This document shows, piece after piece, positions 28,199 to 38,673 of a DNA stretch of 64,000 bases. The notes beneath the pieces were generated by a model. That model searched no databases and was not told the DNA's origin. It worked only from the letters and a program-made list of their open reading frames with translations. This DNA is from a virus. Each line of letters opens with the position of its first letter. The first letter of the stretch is position 1. Location of the stretch: positions 19,560-83,559 of IMG/VR virus record IMGVR_UViG_3300045974_000167; one strand, written 5' to 3'. Position numbers and translations under genes: made by a program.

Positions 28199-28941
28199 AC
28201 AAGAACGAGATTTACACGGCTAATCAACCACTCTGTCTGGGTGGGCAGATTTATATGTGGAACCGGTATGCCAACGTTGGGCATATGGTTCACATGCCGG
28301 ATGCCCAATTCACCAAGGGCGGGCACATGAGCCGTATCGATTTCCTGGCCCCGGACGGGAAAGTGCAGCCAATGATCTTTCCCCTCAAGGACCGGTTCCT
28401 GACCCCCGTGAACGAGTGCCTACTGCACGAACAGGATAAGACTTTCAGGAAATTCTTTGGGACTATCCGTGCTCTGTACGCCAAGTTCTACTATTTCAAG
28501 ACCTACGAAGAAAAGCTGTATAGCCTTATCGAAGTATTAGACGGAACCTTGTTTTCCAAGCCAGTCAACCTAGCCACGTTGAATTCCTATCTCTGGAATT
28601 GGGTAGCGGAAGAAGTCGGTATCCGCAACGGCATCGAGCAGCATTACACCACCAAGCTAGGATTCGTGCGGCCCGATGACCCCTCCGAATGGGTGGCGAT
28701 GATGGGCGCTGCAATCGGTTGCAAGCTCTACCTCGGCGGCGGCACGGCAGCCAACGCCTACTTGAAGAAGGAACATTTCTCCAATAGGGGTATGGACTTC
28801 ATCTCCCAGGACTATAAGATGAAGCCATACCGTAGGACTAAGAGTCACATCAACGATAACGCTATGGTGTCAATCTTAGATCCTCTATTCATTGGGGGAC
28901 CGAACCTTGTCCAAGAACTTGTTGGAGTACCGGCTTGGTAG
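28195..28941 (+). CDS. WbqC-like protein
   Basis: ANQP, DAQFTKGG..SR, IRALYAK..YF, YLGG..A..YL, SILD.LF..G match the WbqC layout (HQP..., DDVQY, NR, YLSG, LSIID.LF..G). Confidence 0.72.
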   Translation: MNKNEIYTANQPLCLGGQIYMWNRYANVGHMVHMPDAQFTKGGHMSRIDFLAPDGKVQPMIFPLKDRFLTPVNECLLHEQDKTFRKFFGTIRALYAKFYYFKTYEEKLYSLIEVLDGTLFSKPVNLATLNSYLWNWVAEEVGIRNGIEQHYTTKLGFVRPDDPSEWVAMMGAAIGCKLYLGGGTAANAYLKKEHFSNRGMDFISQDYKMKPYRRTKSHINDNAMVSILDPLFIGGPNLVQELVGVPAW

Positions 28942-29856
28942 TTTCTTTGAACGATTCTGGTGCATTGTTTTCGGCCAACATCGCTACACAGAGAAAGCGC
29001 AGACATTCCCGGGCCGTAGGAAGACTTGGATTGGTCAAGATAACTACGTAGTTGACCCGGGGTTTATCGCTTCTTGGGAACAGTGTATTTACTGCGGAAA
29101 GCAGATTAACAAATCCTTCAGAGAGATAGAGTCGATTAACGACCCCTCTTACGAGCCCCCTAGACTATGACCAAGAGACATTTTCTAGAAGCCGCGATGC
29201 GTAGGGGGTACGCTCGCGTATACGTCTACGGTGAAACTTTGCCTAGACTGCTTTCATGGGACTTGGGTATGCCCGTGGAATTGAATAGTATGGGTATCAA
29301 GATGACCGTGATTCAAAACGACCTTCCAACTGAGATCGAGATCCCGTGGGACTCTATCTCTTCCATGGTAGCTCAGGATAGCGAGAGGTACCCGGAGGAT
29401 CTCAATGAGTAGCCTGATGGACTACCTCGACGCCCACGCTAATTTAGTGTATCTGCTACTCGGGCTGTGGTTATTAGCTTTCTTTGCCATGTGGTCGTTG
29501 GGGACATACCGGAAGCGCCGTAGGAGCCATCGGCATATCCTGCCGGGTCACACAAACGCTGTAGAGAAGACCGACGAAATCTGGTTGGATAAACTCAAAT
29601 AGGGGGCGTAATGTTTGTGAAGCGGAAGTTTGAACTAGCTTGGATTGAGGGAAACCCTGAAACGGGTCTGACGGTGGCGCGGAGGGAGTTTATCCTTGCT
29701 GGCGAAACCTTACAGATTAAGACGGAGGGCGGGATAGTTACCCTTGTGGTAACTTCTATCGGCGGGGATAAGCCCGTTGATGATAAAAAGGTGATGCAAA
29801 TCGTCACAGATCACATCATTGCCACCGACCCAAGCCCCTCCCCAAGCAAGCATTAG
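28892..29856 (+). other. Four small hypothetical CDSs (28892-29170, 29167-29412, 29405-29602 with 1 TM, 29611-29856)
   Basis: Abutting or overlapping + strand ORFs. Confidence 0.5.
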
Positions 29857-29884
29857 AATCTAACCACAAGATAACATTAGAGAA

Positions 29885-29918
29885 ACCCACAGGGACTTCG
29901 ACCCTTGTGGGTTTTTTT
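29885..29918 (+). terminator. Intrinsic terminator
   Basis: ACCCACAGGG-acttcga-CCCTTGTGGGT followed by TTTTTT. Confidence 0.8.
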
Positions 29919-29949
29919 ATGTTTGGACTTGAAGCCAACGGTAAATACC

Positions 29950-30476
29950 ATGTATATTCGAGGGCCTGGAGGAATCATTCTACCTATGGACAATTTTAGC
30001 GCACCACCTCCGAAGCCTGGCGACGGACTGAGCACCGTCTACCGAATCGGCGGCAAGCACCCCGGATTCAAGAAGTGTCGCCATTGCGGCGTAGCCGGAT
30101 ACGTTACAGAGCCGACTATTACGAAGGCACTCCGTAAGGGTCTAGAAGACGCCAAGTTTCAGATCGTTAGTGTTGCAAAGAAAGGTGAGCGTGAGGGTAC
30201 TTTCAACGTCATGCTCCGTCCGCTGATGAACATGCTTAGGTCGAAAGGAATGGTTGTTCGCTAATGGGATTCGCTACGTGCGGTAAAAGACTGCGGGCCG
30301 AATTAATCAAGCGCGGAGTCTCGGAGGCTACGTTCTCTTGGACTTCTGGAATTCCCCAAGGGGTTAAATCTGTCGAGAACACCCCTGAAGTTAGGAAATA
30401 TCTCCAGAATTTTAACATCAAGATCGATGATGTCGGCTGCGTCTGCCACGACAGCGGGGTCTGCGATTACAAATGA
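29950..30476 (+). other. Two small hypothetical CDSs (~29950-30264, 30264-30476)
   Basis: Coupled ORFs (TAATG), Cys motifs. Confidence 0.5.
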
Positions 30477-30516
30477 ACGCTGGTCAATGGTTCACTCCTA
30501 GTTTTATAATCTGACC

Positions 30517-31053
30517 ATGCCTTACGCCGACCCGGTAAAACGTAGAGAAGCGAATCGTCTTTGGGCGCGTAAATACCGCGAAAACAATAGAGAACTTGTT
30601 AATGCTGCGGCCAAAGAATACTACCACTCCAACCCCGCTTATCGTGCCAGGGCCATACAACTAGCAACCGCTAGGCAAGAATCTAACCCAGAAGCTAAAC
30701 GCGCCAGCGGCCAACGCTATTATCAGAATCATAAAGTAACACTTCGTAGTTACTACAAATCATGGACAAATACTCCTGATGGAAGACGTATTCGTAGGGA
30801 ACTAGAACAACGTAGACACGCATTAAAAACCGGTGCTCCCGGTGAGTTTACCAAGGAACAGTGGTTACAAAGAAAAAGCCTTTGGGGTGGAAAATGTTGG
30901 CTAAACTTGAATGGGTGCGCGTCCGTGGCAGGCTCTATTGACCATGTAATACCGCTTTCTAAGGGTGGAACCAATTGGCCCGCTAACTTGCGACCGGCTT
31001 GCCGAAGTTGCAATAGCAAGAAGAATGCACAGGATTGGCGGAAATATGTCTAA
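30517..31053 (+). CDS. HNH endonuclease
   Basis: IDHVIPLSKGGTNWPANLRPACRSCNSKK; own TATAAT just upstream; lower GC. Confidence 0.88.
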   Translation: MPYADPVKRREANRLWARKYRENNRELVNAAAKEYYHSNPAYRARAIQLATARQESNPEAKRASGQRYYQNHKVTLRSYYKSWTNTPDGRRIRRELEQRRHALKTGAPGEFTKEQWLQRKSLWGGKCWLNLNGCASVAGSIDHVIPLSKGGTNWPANLRPACRSCNSKKNAQDWRKYV

Positions 31054-32533
31054 CAGATTCCTAGTGGTTCCAACCATCGGACTCTGGAAATCACTCGCCA
31101 CCGATAGCTCGTTCGTCTTTATGATGAACACAGTTCGGAGGCTCATAGCACGAGGTAACTATGCCTACGTCGTCCTCCCCCGTGACATCGACATGGAGAA
31201 CGTGCCCAAGATTCCAGGGGTCATGTACTTTGTATGCGACGTACCTGCGAGGGCGCTCGACACGCAGATGGGAATCGTGGATCAAGCATTCATTTCAAAC
31301 ACCTTCGGGTTCCAGTACGGAAAGTACGTGGTTGACGCTGGGATTGTTCTGCACGGCTCTCAGGTACTACCACTCAAGGCCGCCGTCCATCCTAGAGGGC
31401 CTTTTGACTGTTTTCCTGTCTTTTGTCTTGAGCAGGGTGTTAGTTGGATTGATACTGCTCCTGGGTACGAGCCTGGAAGATATGATGAAGAACTGATGAT
31501 CCTGGGGGCCTCGTATTCCTACCTCTGCTGCGTATCCAAAAAAGACCTAGGGAGTTCTCTAGAAAAGGCCCGCCACTTCAACCTTAGCCATCAACAGTTC
31601 AACATTCTTAGGGAAAATGCCTTCGCGGGTGCGGCCCCTGTAGACGTACCCCTTATGCAATCGATTGCAGCGGAGACCAAGAAGAACGACACCACCACCC
31701 TGCTCTACGCCGCCAGAACAAACAAGACCAAACACCCTGAAGATATCGTCGAAATCTTCGATGCCCTATACAAACAGAATGAGCCCATCAACATTACTTA
31801 CGTCACTCAGACTTCACCTCTCAAGTTTGATGTCATCACTAAGAGGCGTCATCTCTTTGATGAGCGTGGATATATTGAGCCCCGTACGAGTTGCGGCCCG
31901 ATGGATTTCTACAAAGAAGCCGCCAAATCCCACGTTTACCTCTGCTGGTCGGATAGCGAGAGCTTCAATGCCTCTGCTGTTGAGGCTTCTCTTCTGGGTT
32001 GCGTGTATATGTGTCACGACACTAAGCCTCATCGTGATCTATATGATGGTGATCTGGGTGGGGACGTATTTTGGCTCCGCGACAAGGTGGACGCCATAGA
32101 GAAAGTGCGCTGGGTCATCCACCACTACGAAGAAGCTTACAAGATGCAGGCTCCCCTGCGGCAGAAATTCCTCGACCGCCAGATCGAAGGCGACCTCTCC
32201 AAGCACATCCATGAGAAAACCATCGAGTTTCATCGAGCTAACGTCAAAGGGACGCCCGGTAAGCTTTATTACTATAAGCTTGCGGAAAGTGCAGAACTTA
32301 CGAAAATTATCGATGGTTGTCTGTCGAATTGGGCAGATGAAACTATCGGCCTTGAGGATGTTCTTGTTTCCTTAGAATCCCACGGCGACGCCTTCTCGAC
32401 AGACAACCTATATCGAGCCATTTCACGAGTGATGCCGGTGAACTGGAACTTGCATCAAATGATGAAGCTGCACTATAACCTCCTCGACACCTGCGACAGC
32501 CGGTACCCCCGGTATAGGATCAAGAATGACTGA
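31046..32533 (+). CDS. GT-B fold (GT4-like) glycosyltransferase
   Basis: LLYAARTNKTKHPE and SHVYLCWSDSESFNASAVEASLLGC (E-x7-E donor-binding motif). Confidence 0.72.
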   Translation: MSNRFLVVPTIGLWKSLATDSSFVFMMNTVRRLIARGNYAYVVLPRDIDMENVPKIPGVMYFVCDVPARALDTQMGIVDQAFISNTFGFQYGKYVVDAGIVLHGSQVLPLKAAVHPRGPFDCFPVFCLEQGVSWIDTAPGYEPGRYDEELMILGASYSYLCCVSKKDLGSSLEKARHFNLSHQQFNILRENAFAGAAPVDVPLMQSIAAETKKNDTTTLLYAARTNKTKHPEDIVEIFDALYKQNEPINITYVTQTSPLKFDVITKRRHLFDERGYIEPRTSCGPMDFYKEAAKSHVYLCWSDSESFNASAVEASLLGCVYMCHDTKPHRDLYDGDLGGDVFWLRDKVDAIEKVRWVIHHYEEAYKMQAPLRQKFLDRQIEGDLSKHIHEKTIEFHRANVKGTPGKLYYYKLAESAELTKIIDGCLSNWADETIGLEDVLVSLESHGDAFSTDNLYRAISRVMPVNWNLHQMMKLHYNLLDTCDSRYPRYRIKND

Positions 32534-33257
32534 GCCTCTGAACAAAGAGAATGTGATGCGGGTGCCCATCGATTCCATCGAGCCGAACGATTGGAATCCT
32601 AACCAGATGCCCTCCCACCTGTTCAACGAGCTATCCCACGACATCGAAGAGGAGGGGATGGATCAGCCGGTAGTCGTGATTGAACGCGACGGCAAACGCA
32701 TCATCGTTGACGGCGAGCACCGTTACAGGGCCTCCAAAGCTGCCGGAAGAACGGACATCCTGATCTCTGTCCGCGACTACTCGGACGACGAGGCGAAAAT
32801 CCGGACAGTACGTAGAAACATGATTCACGGCACGACTGACCCCGCCAAGTTCACGAAACTCGTCATGGACTTGAACAATCGCGGCCTGCCTATCGATGAG
32901 ATTAAGCGGCGCATGGCTACCCCTGACAAGGAATTTATGAAGATGTACCAGGGGAACACCGCCGACAAATCCAAGAAAGCAGCCGAAGTCATTGCTGATG
33001 CTGAGAAGGGGGTTGCCCAGACCTTCCTCGTCGTCAACTTGTCCCAGATGATCAGGGATATCGTTGCCAAGTTCGGGGAAACCATCCAGCAGGGGTTCAT
33101 CGCCTTCTCCTACAAGGGACAGACTCACATGCTGATTTCGATGGACCCCAAACTCCACAAGGCTATGGTTGCCTTCAAATCGGCGGCGGAAGAGGATAAA
33201 CTGACTCAGGAACAAATCTCTGAGCGTCTAGCTAATGCTCTGATGAAGGCGTCGTAA
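32526..33257 (+). CDS. ParB/Srx N-terminal domain protein
   Basis: PNDWNPN.M, I.EEG..QPVVV, IVDGEHRYRA, RRN.IHG. Confidence 0.88.
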   Translation: MTEPLNKENVMRVPIDSIEPNDWNPNQMPSHLFNELSHDIEEEGMDQPVVVIERDGKRIIVDGEHRYRASKAAGRTDILISVRDYSDDEAKIRTVRRNMIHGTTDPAKFTKLVMDLNNRGLPIDEIKRRMATPDKEFMKMYQGNTADKSKKAAEVIADAEKGVAQTFLVVNLSQMIRDIVAKFGETIQQGFIAFSYKGQTHMLISMDPKLHKAMVAFKSAAEEDKLTQEQISERLANALMKAS

Positions 33258-34003
33258 TGACCGTCAAGTTCAACTCCCCATTCACCCCCAAGGTGATGCC
33301 AAAGATTGAGGATCTTCCCGGTGCCAAACCGGTTGACCTCAAGAAGCATAAGCGTACTGCCTCAGGGGAACTGCGGCGCGAACCCGCTGCGACCTCGGAA
33401 CGTCAGAAGGCTAAGGTAGAGGTCGAGGTAGCTGTTGAACGTGCGATTAAGACTGGCGAAATCGTCGTGCGGGAGAAGGGTGCAATCGTTGACACGACTG
33501 ACCCTGAGCTTAGAGAACACTTTGGTCGTATGTTGTTCATGGGGGCTACCCAAGACCTCATCTGCGAAGTCCTAAAGATCCAGCGGGACACCTACCGCCG
33601 ACTCAAGCGGCTGCACCTTGAATCCGTCGTAGAATCCCTTGCCGAAACCGGCGTGATGGGGATGGTTGCCCTCTCCTTCGACAAGATGGAGATGGCGTCT
33701 ACCAAAACCCTGCAACTCATCAACTCCCTTGGGGTATCGGAGAAGGACCGCGCCGACCTCATTGGTGCTGTCCGACTCTTAAAGGATATCGAAAACGATA
33801 AGGTGTCGATGCTCGTCAAGACGGGGGCAATCAAGGTGAAGAAGCGGGCCGAAATCTCCGCGCACCTTGAAGTTCTCTCCGGTAGCTCTCAGCCGCTCCT
33901 AACCGGTGAAAAGGCGCAGCAGGTTATGGTCAGGGTAATGGCCGACCTCGTTGATGCTATCGAGGACGACGATGAATCTGACGGCGGCGAAGAGAGCGAT
34001 TAG
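33257..34003 (+). CDS. Putative terminase small subunit
   Basis: HTH-like GATQDLICEVLKIQRDT plus helical oligomerisation region; overlaps the TerL start. Confidence 0.55.
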   Translation: MTVKFNSPFTPKVMPKIEDLPGAKPVDLKKHKRTASGELRREPAATSERQKAKVEVEVAVERAIKTGEIVVREKGAIVDTTDPELREHFGRMLFMGATQDLICEVLKIQRDTYRRLKRLHLESVVESLAETGVMGMVALSFDKMEMASTKTLQLINSLGVSEKDRADLIGAVRLLKDIENDKVSMLVKTGAIKVKKRAEISAHLEVLSGSSQPLLTGEKAQQVMVRVMADLVDAIEDDDESDGGEESD

Positions 34004-35792
34004 AGATGTAGCGCCGGAATACCGGCGTCACATGATGCTGTGCATCGAGGATGCGCTGCGGGGAGACAACCGCGCCCTCTCGAAGTACAAGCACATGCCC
34101 GTGGACGTTCGTACGTTCATCGAGGCTGATTATTACATGCAGTCTGTGACCGCTACCGGGCAGAAAATCATCTACCCGGAAGTGATGAAGCATCTCGTAG
34201 AAATCAATGAAGGTGACTACGACGAGGTTGTGCTAACAGGGGGCATCGGTGCTGCAAAATCCACTATTGGCGTCTATACTCAGGCGTATCAGCTCTACTT
34301 ACTTAGTTGTATGGCTGATCCTCAAGGTTACTTCGGCCTCGATCCCTCTTCCGAGATTGTCATCGTCTTCCAATCTCTTTCCAAGACGTTAGCGGAAGAG
34401 GTTGACTATGACCGGTTCCGGTCGATGGTGGAACGTACTCAATACTTCCAAGAGAAGTTCCCCCACAACAAATTCGTTGAGAACCAACTAGAGTTCCCGA
34501 ACCGCATCATCGTAAAACCAATCTCTGGTTTAGAGACAGGCGCAATCAGCCAAAACGTCATCGGGGGGATGATCGATGAAGTTAACTTCATGGCCGTTGT
34601 GGAAAAGTCTAAGATGGCGGATGGCGGTACTTACGACCAAGCGACTGCTCTTTACAATTCGATTGCACGCCGCCGTAAGTCGCGCTTCCTCAAAGCTGGG
34701 CGAATGCCTGGGCGACTTTGCTTGGTATCTTCTCGTCGTACTCCCGGTCAGTTTACGGATAAGAAAGAGGAAGAGGCTAAGTCCAACCCCAAGATTTACG
34801 TATATGACAAGCGTGTCTGGGAGATTAAGCCCCCCGGAACCTTCTCCAACGAAAGATTCCATATTTTTATCGGGGACGGAGCCCGACAGCCCCGGGTAAT
34901 TGCGGACGGGGAGATTATCTCAGAAGATGATCGGCACCTTATCGATGCCATCCCCATCGAGTTCAGGGCAGACTTCACCGATGACATCACCAAAGCCCTG
35001 CGTGATATTGCCGGTAAGAGCACGCTTGCCATACATCCGTTCATGCCTCGGCGGGAGGATGTGGCTGCTAACTTCGGGCGTCGTCCTAGCGTCTTCACGG
35101 TAGAGGTTTTCAACCAGCAGGGATTGAAACTTAGGATTCGGGATAACCTAGTTATTCGTAATCCTGATTGCCCCCGCTGGGTTCACATCGACTTAGGTAT
35201 TAGCAGCGACTCGGCGGGCCTCGTTATTGCTCACGTTCCTAAGTTCATGGAGATGAAAAGAGGGGAGGGTACAGAATACCTCCCCGTGATAGAGGTAGAT
35301 GGTGCCTTAGAGATTCCCCCTCCTCCGGGTAAGCGTGGGGAGATCGATTTCGCGGGCATCCGCCGAATCCTCTACAAGCTCCGGGACATGGGAATGCAGA
35401 TCAAGTGGGTCAGTCTTGACTCGTTCCAATCCACCGACACGATGCAGATCCTTAGAAGGAACGGGTTTATCGTAGGCTATCAATCGATAGATACGACTAA
35501 CGTGCCGTATGATTTAACGAAACAAGCCCTGTACGACCATCGGGTCATTGCCCCAGCCCATGAGAAACTGGTAAAAGAATTAGTGTCTCTAGAACGAGAC
35601 TTTAGGCGTGGGAAGGTAGACCACCCAGCCAAGGGGTCCAAGGATATCGCGGACTCGCTAGCTGGGGTTATTTTTGGCCTGAGTATGAGGCGTGATGTCT
35701 GGGCTCAACACCGTATTCCGCTATCCCAGGCAGTTTCAATCGCGTCCCATATCAATGACCATGAAGACTCAAGGAGTATCCCCCGTGAATAG
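33972..35792 (+). CDS. terL: Terminase large subunit
   Basis: VVLTGGIGAAKST, GGMIDEVNF, LVSS, nuclease HIDLG..SD, SLDSFQS, KVDHP..GSKDIADSLAG. Confidence 0.88.
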   Translation: MNLTAAKRAIRDVAPEYRRHMMLCIEDALRGDNRALSKYKHMPVDVRTFIEADYYMQSVTATGQKIIYPEVMKHLVEINEGDYDEVVLTGGIGAAKSTIGVYTQAYQLYLLSCMADPQGYFGLDPSSEIVIVFQSLSKTLAEEVDYDRFRSMVERTQYFQEKFPHNKFVENQLEFPNRIIVKPISGLETGAISQNVIGGMIDEVNFMAVVEKSKMADGGTYDQATALYNSIARRRKSRFLKAGRMPGRLCLVSSRRTPGQFTDKKEEEAKSNPKIYVYDKRVWEIKPPGTFSNERFHIFIGDGARQPRVIADGEIISEDDRHLIDAIPIEFRADFTDDITKALRDIAGKSTLAIHPFMPRREDVAANFGRRPSVFTVEVFNQQGLKLRIRDNLVIRNPDCPRWVHIDLGISSDSAGLVIAHVPKFMEMKRGEGTEYLPVIEVDGALEIPPPPGKRGEIDFAGIRRILYKLRDMGMQIKWVSLDSFQSTDTMQILRRNGFIVGYQSIDTTNVPYDLTKQALYDHRVIAPAHEKLVKELVSLERDFRRGKVDHPAKGSKDIADSLAGVIFGLSMRRDVWAQHRIPLSQAVSIASHINDHEDSRSIPRE

Positions 35793-36435
35793 TGGGAATA
35801 ATTGTTTAGGGCGAACTGTTCTAGTCATTGGGGCACATCCCGACGATTTGGAAATGAATGCCGGTGGGACAATCCATAAACTAATCCAATCTGGAGCAGT
35901 GGTATCCACTACAGTTTTAGCTAGCCATACCACCTTCAATGGTGATAGATTACTCGAATCAAACCGCGCCCAAATCAAATTGGGTATCGTCGGGATGGAG
36001 TTTGCTGGAGGGATTGACACTAAATTAGCTGATTCTAAGGCCATGTTAATTGATCTTCTTGATAGTAAGATAAAGATCATCAAACCGGATACAGTCATCA
36101 CCCATTTTCACGCTGATACGCATCAAGATCATGCCGCCTGCTACGATATCGTAATGGCGGCAGCGCGTTGTGTACCAAACATCCTGCTGTTCAAGCCGAC
36201 GTTTCCATCAGGCAGACCCGACATCCCGTTTCACCCTAACTTCATCAGCAAGCTCTCCGACGAGAATATGATCGCTAAGATTTCTGCCATGAGCGAGTTC
36301 GTATCTCAGCGTAATAAATACGGAGAGGATAAGTGGCTTGAATCCCTTAAGTCTACTGCGGCGGGCGATGCTTGGACGTATGGTGGCTTCCACGGGTATG
36401 CGGAAATCTTTCAAGTCTCACGTTTAATGGGGTAG
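35785..36435 (+). CDS. PIG-L/LmbE family de-N-acetylase
   Basis: VLVIGAHPDDLE..AGGTI, R..E, ITH..ADTHQDH. Confidence 0.9.
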   Translation: MNSGNNCLGRTVLVIGAHPDDLEMNAGGTIHKLIQSGAVVSTTVLASHTTFNGDRLLESNRAQIKLGIVGMEFAGGIDTKLADSKAMLIDLLDSKIKIIKPDTVITHFHADTHQDHAACYDIVMAAARCVPNILLFKPTFPSGRPDIPFHPNFISKLSDENMIAKISAMSEFVSQRNKYGEDKWLESLKSTAAGDAWTYGGFHGYAEIFQVSRLMG

Positions 36436-36444
36436 TGCAATCAA

Positions 36445-36909
36445 TTGCACGGAGGGCGTGTGGGAGTAACCTTAAGAACACAAAAATCTGAACGTCCGGT
36501 TGAGAGCCTGACGTTAGATGAAGCGATTGCTGAAAGGCAACGCTTAGTTAAAACTACGATGGACGCGCAGGATGAACTCAGCGACCGAAATCGTATCGGA
36601 ACCGATGGAAAAAGGATCTCTGCCCACGACTACTGGGCGTGGCACCGTACTGTATCGAAGGTAGTCCGCGACAATCAACACCGCATGGGTTTACTGCGTG
36701 AACACATCAGAAAGATGCGGCAGCGTTCGTCTGTCGCAGAGGCCAAGGTTGAGGACGTAACTGATCGGGGCCTACTCAAATCAGCATACGAACTGCTCTG
36801 CACGCTTGCTAGAGAAGATGTTGATTTTGATGCTCACGAACAGGCTCTCATGGACGTTATCCGAGAACGCATCCAGGGAACCTCACCAGTTAATGGAGGT
36901 CGTAAATGA
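36445..36909 (+). CDS. Hypothetical coiled-coil protein
   Basis: GGAGG RBS near GTG; coupled to tmk. Confidence 0.6.
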   Translation: MHGGRVGVTLRTQKSERPVESLTLDEAIAERQRLVKTTMDAQDELSDRNRIGTDGKRISAHDYWAWHRTVSKVVRDNQHRMGLLREHIRKMRQRSSVAEAKVEDVTDRGLLKSAYELLCTLAREDVDFDAHEQALMDVIRERIQGTSPVNGGRK

Positions 36910-37610
36910 TTTTCGTGCTTGAGGGGTTGGATGGGTGTGGCAAGGGGACACAAGCCGAAATTCTAATCAAGAGTCTGCTGAAAACAGATCCGACAACCGG
37001 ACTAGTAAAGTTTCCCGACTACACGACGCCCATCGGGAGACTGTTGCAGGATTGGATGCACGGAATGATCGGGGTCTGTGCAACCGACGAAGCACCCATC
37101 GTTCCCCTTCCCGGCCAGAGCGCACTCGCCCTACAGGCTATTCTCCTAGCAAACAAGACGGAGCAGGCCGACCTCTTGTGGGGTTATAAAACCATCGGAA
37201 ACCTCGTAGTAGACCGGTACTGGCAGTCGGGCGTTGCCTACGGTGCGGGCGTTGATGGTTTGGACTACGATTACATGGTCCGAATCAATAGAGGACTACC
37301 CGCCGCCGATATCAACTTCCTTATCAATATCCCTGTCTCAGTAGCTTTAGAACGTCAGGCTTTACGCGGCCGTAAGGATATCTACGAAGGCCGTCGTGAT
37401 GCGCGTGATGCGATGGAGCGGTGCAACACCGCGTACGTCCAGTTGTGGGCTAGAATGGCAAATCGTGATCCCACTGCTTGGGTAGTAGTTGATGGAACTC
37501 GTCCCCGTGATGAAGTGGCAGCCATGATTCTCGCGGAAGTAATGGCGTTCAAACAAGCACGAGATCCTAGCTGGCTGGCCGACGACTCTCATCCAGTTAG
37601 TGCGATTTGA
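36906..37610 (+). CDS. tmk: Thymidylate kinase
   Basis: VLEGLDGCGKGTQ, KFPDY.TPIG, VVDRYWQSGVAYG. Confidence 0.9.
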   Translation: MIFVLEGLDGCGKGTQAEILIKSLLKTDPTTGLVKFPDYTTPIGRLLQDWMHGMIGVCATDEAPIVPLPGQSALALQAILLANKTEQADLLWGYKTIGNLVVDRYWQSGVAYGAGVDGLDYDYMVRINRGLPAADINFLINIPVSVALERQALRGRKDIYEGRRDARDAMERCNTAYVQLWARMANRDPTAWVVVDGTRPRDEVAAMILAEVMAFKQARDPSWLADDSHPVSAI

Positions 37611-37654
37611 CCAAGCACGAGATCCTAGACATCTAGCTAGCAAGGACACGAGAC

Positions 37655-38131
37655 ATGGCTATCCACGGACTAGCAGCGAGACCCTCCCCCACCCCCATCC
37701 GGGATCCCGTAGTAGTAGAGAGACTGCCTAGTACGGAGAAGGACATCAAGTCTCCCTTCCGCGCAACTCCTGGCTCCGCTGGCCTAGATTGGTCCCTTCC
37801 TAGGGACGTTTCCATCTGGCCCGGACAGACCTTGGTTATTCCCTCAGGATTCAAGATCGAGATCCCGCATGGACTCGTCGGCCTGATGCGTACGAGGTCA
37901 TCCTCACGTAAGCGAGGGCTGTCCGTGGATGGCACCATCGATAGCGATTACCGTGGCGAGGTAGGAATCAGCCTAAGAAATCTTACGACTGAGCCTATCT
38001 GTGTTAAGCGAGGAGAAAGAATCGCCCAGATGGTAATCGTAGATGCCCACCTATATATCAATGTAATCGAGGGGCATGTTAATATGAACACCGTCCGAGG
38101 CGAGGGCGGCTTCGGCTCGACGGGGGTATAA
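37655..38131 (+). CDS. dut: dUTPase (trimeric)
   Basis: SAGLD, RSS, GTIDSDYRGE, GERIAQ, RGEGGFGSTG. Confidence 0.95.
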   Translation: MAIHGLAARPSPTPIRDPVVVERLPSTEKDIKSPFRATPGSAGLDWSLPRDVSIWPGQTLVIPSGFKIEIPHGLVGLMRTRSSSRKRGLSVDGTIDSDYRGEVGISLRNLTTEPICVKRGERIAQMVIVDAHLYINVIEGHVNMNTVRGEGGFGSTGV

Positions 38132-38172
38132 CCTATTGATTTTAGGGGAGTACCTGTGCTATACCAACCCGT

Positions 38173-38664
38173 ATGAGGGAACTACAAATCTCAAAGGGTT
38201 GTACCGCTTTAGTAGATGACGAAGATTTTGAGTTAGTTTCAAAATGGAGATGGTCGTATTGTAAGGGGTACGCCGTTAGGCGAGAGCGTTACGGGCCTCG
38301 TAAAGAGAACCGAGCCAAGTGGATATACCTACATAGATTCGTGTTGGGGCTCACGGATAACTCTGGATTATCCACCGATCATATAAATCGTAACCGTTTA
38401 GACTGTAGAAAAGAGAATCTACGATTAGTTTCTCACAGAGAAAATTGTCTCAACACCCCCAAGAAAACATACAAGCACGGAGCGTCCTCTAAATACAAAG
38501 GAGTTTCTTTCAACAAGAAACTTAAGAAATGGCGCGCTAGAGTGTACGAGCATGGAAAAGAAATGCTGGTTGGGAATTTCCTAACTGAAGACGAGGCCGC
38601 ATTAGCGTATAATGCTATGGTTACGAAGCTGCGTGGTAATCTAGCCACGCTAAACGCGGTTTAA
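38173..38664 (+). CDS. HNH homing endonuclease with AP2 domain
   Basis: ALVDDEDFE, LHRFV, DHINRNRLDCRKENLR, SSKYKGVS...KWRA...EAALAYN. Confidence 0.9.
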   Translation: MRELQISKGCTALVDDEDFELVSKWRWSYCKGYAVRRERYGPRKENRAKWIYLHRFVLGLTDNSGLSTDHINRNRLDCRKENLRLVSHRENCLNTPKKTYKHGASSKYKGVSFNKKLKKWRARVYEHGKEMLVGNFLTEDEAALAYNAMVTKLRGNLATLNAV

Positions 38665-38673
38665 GGAGAGACA

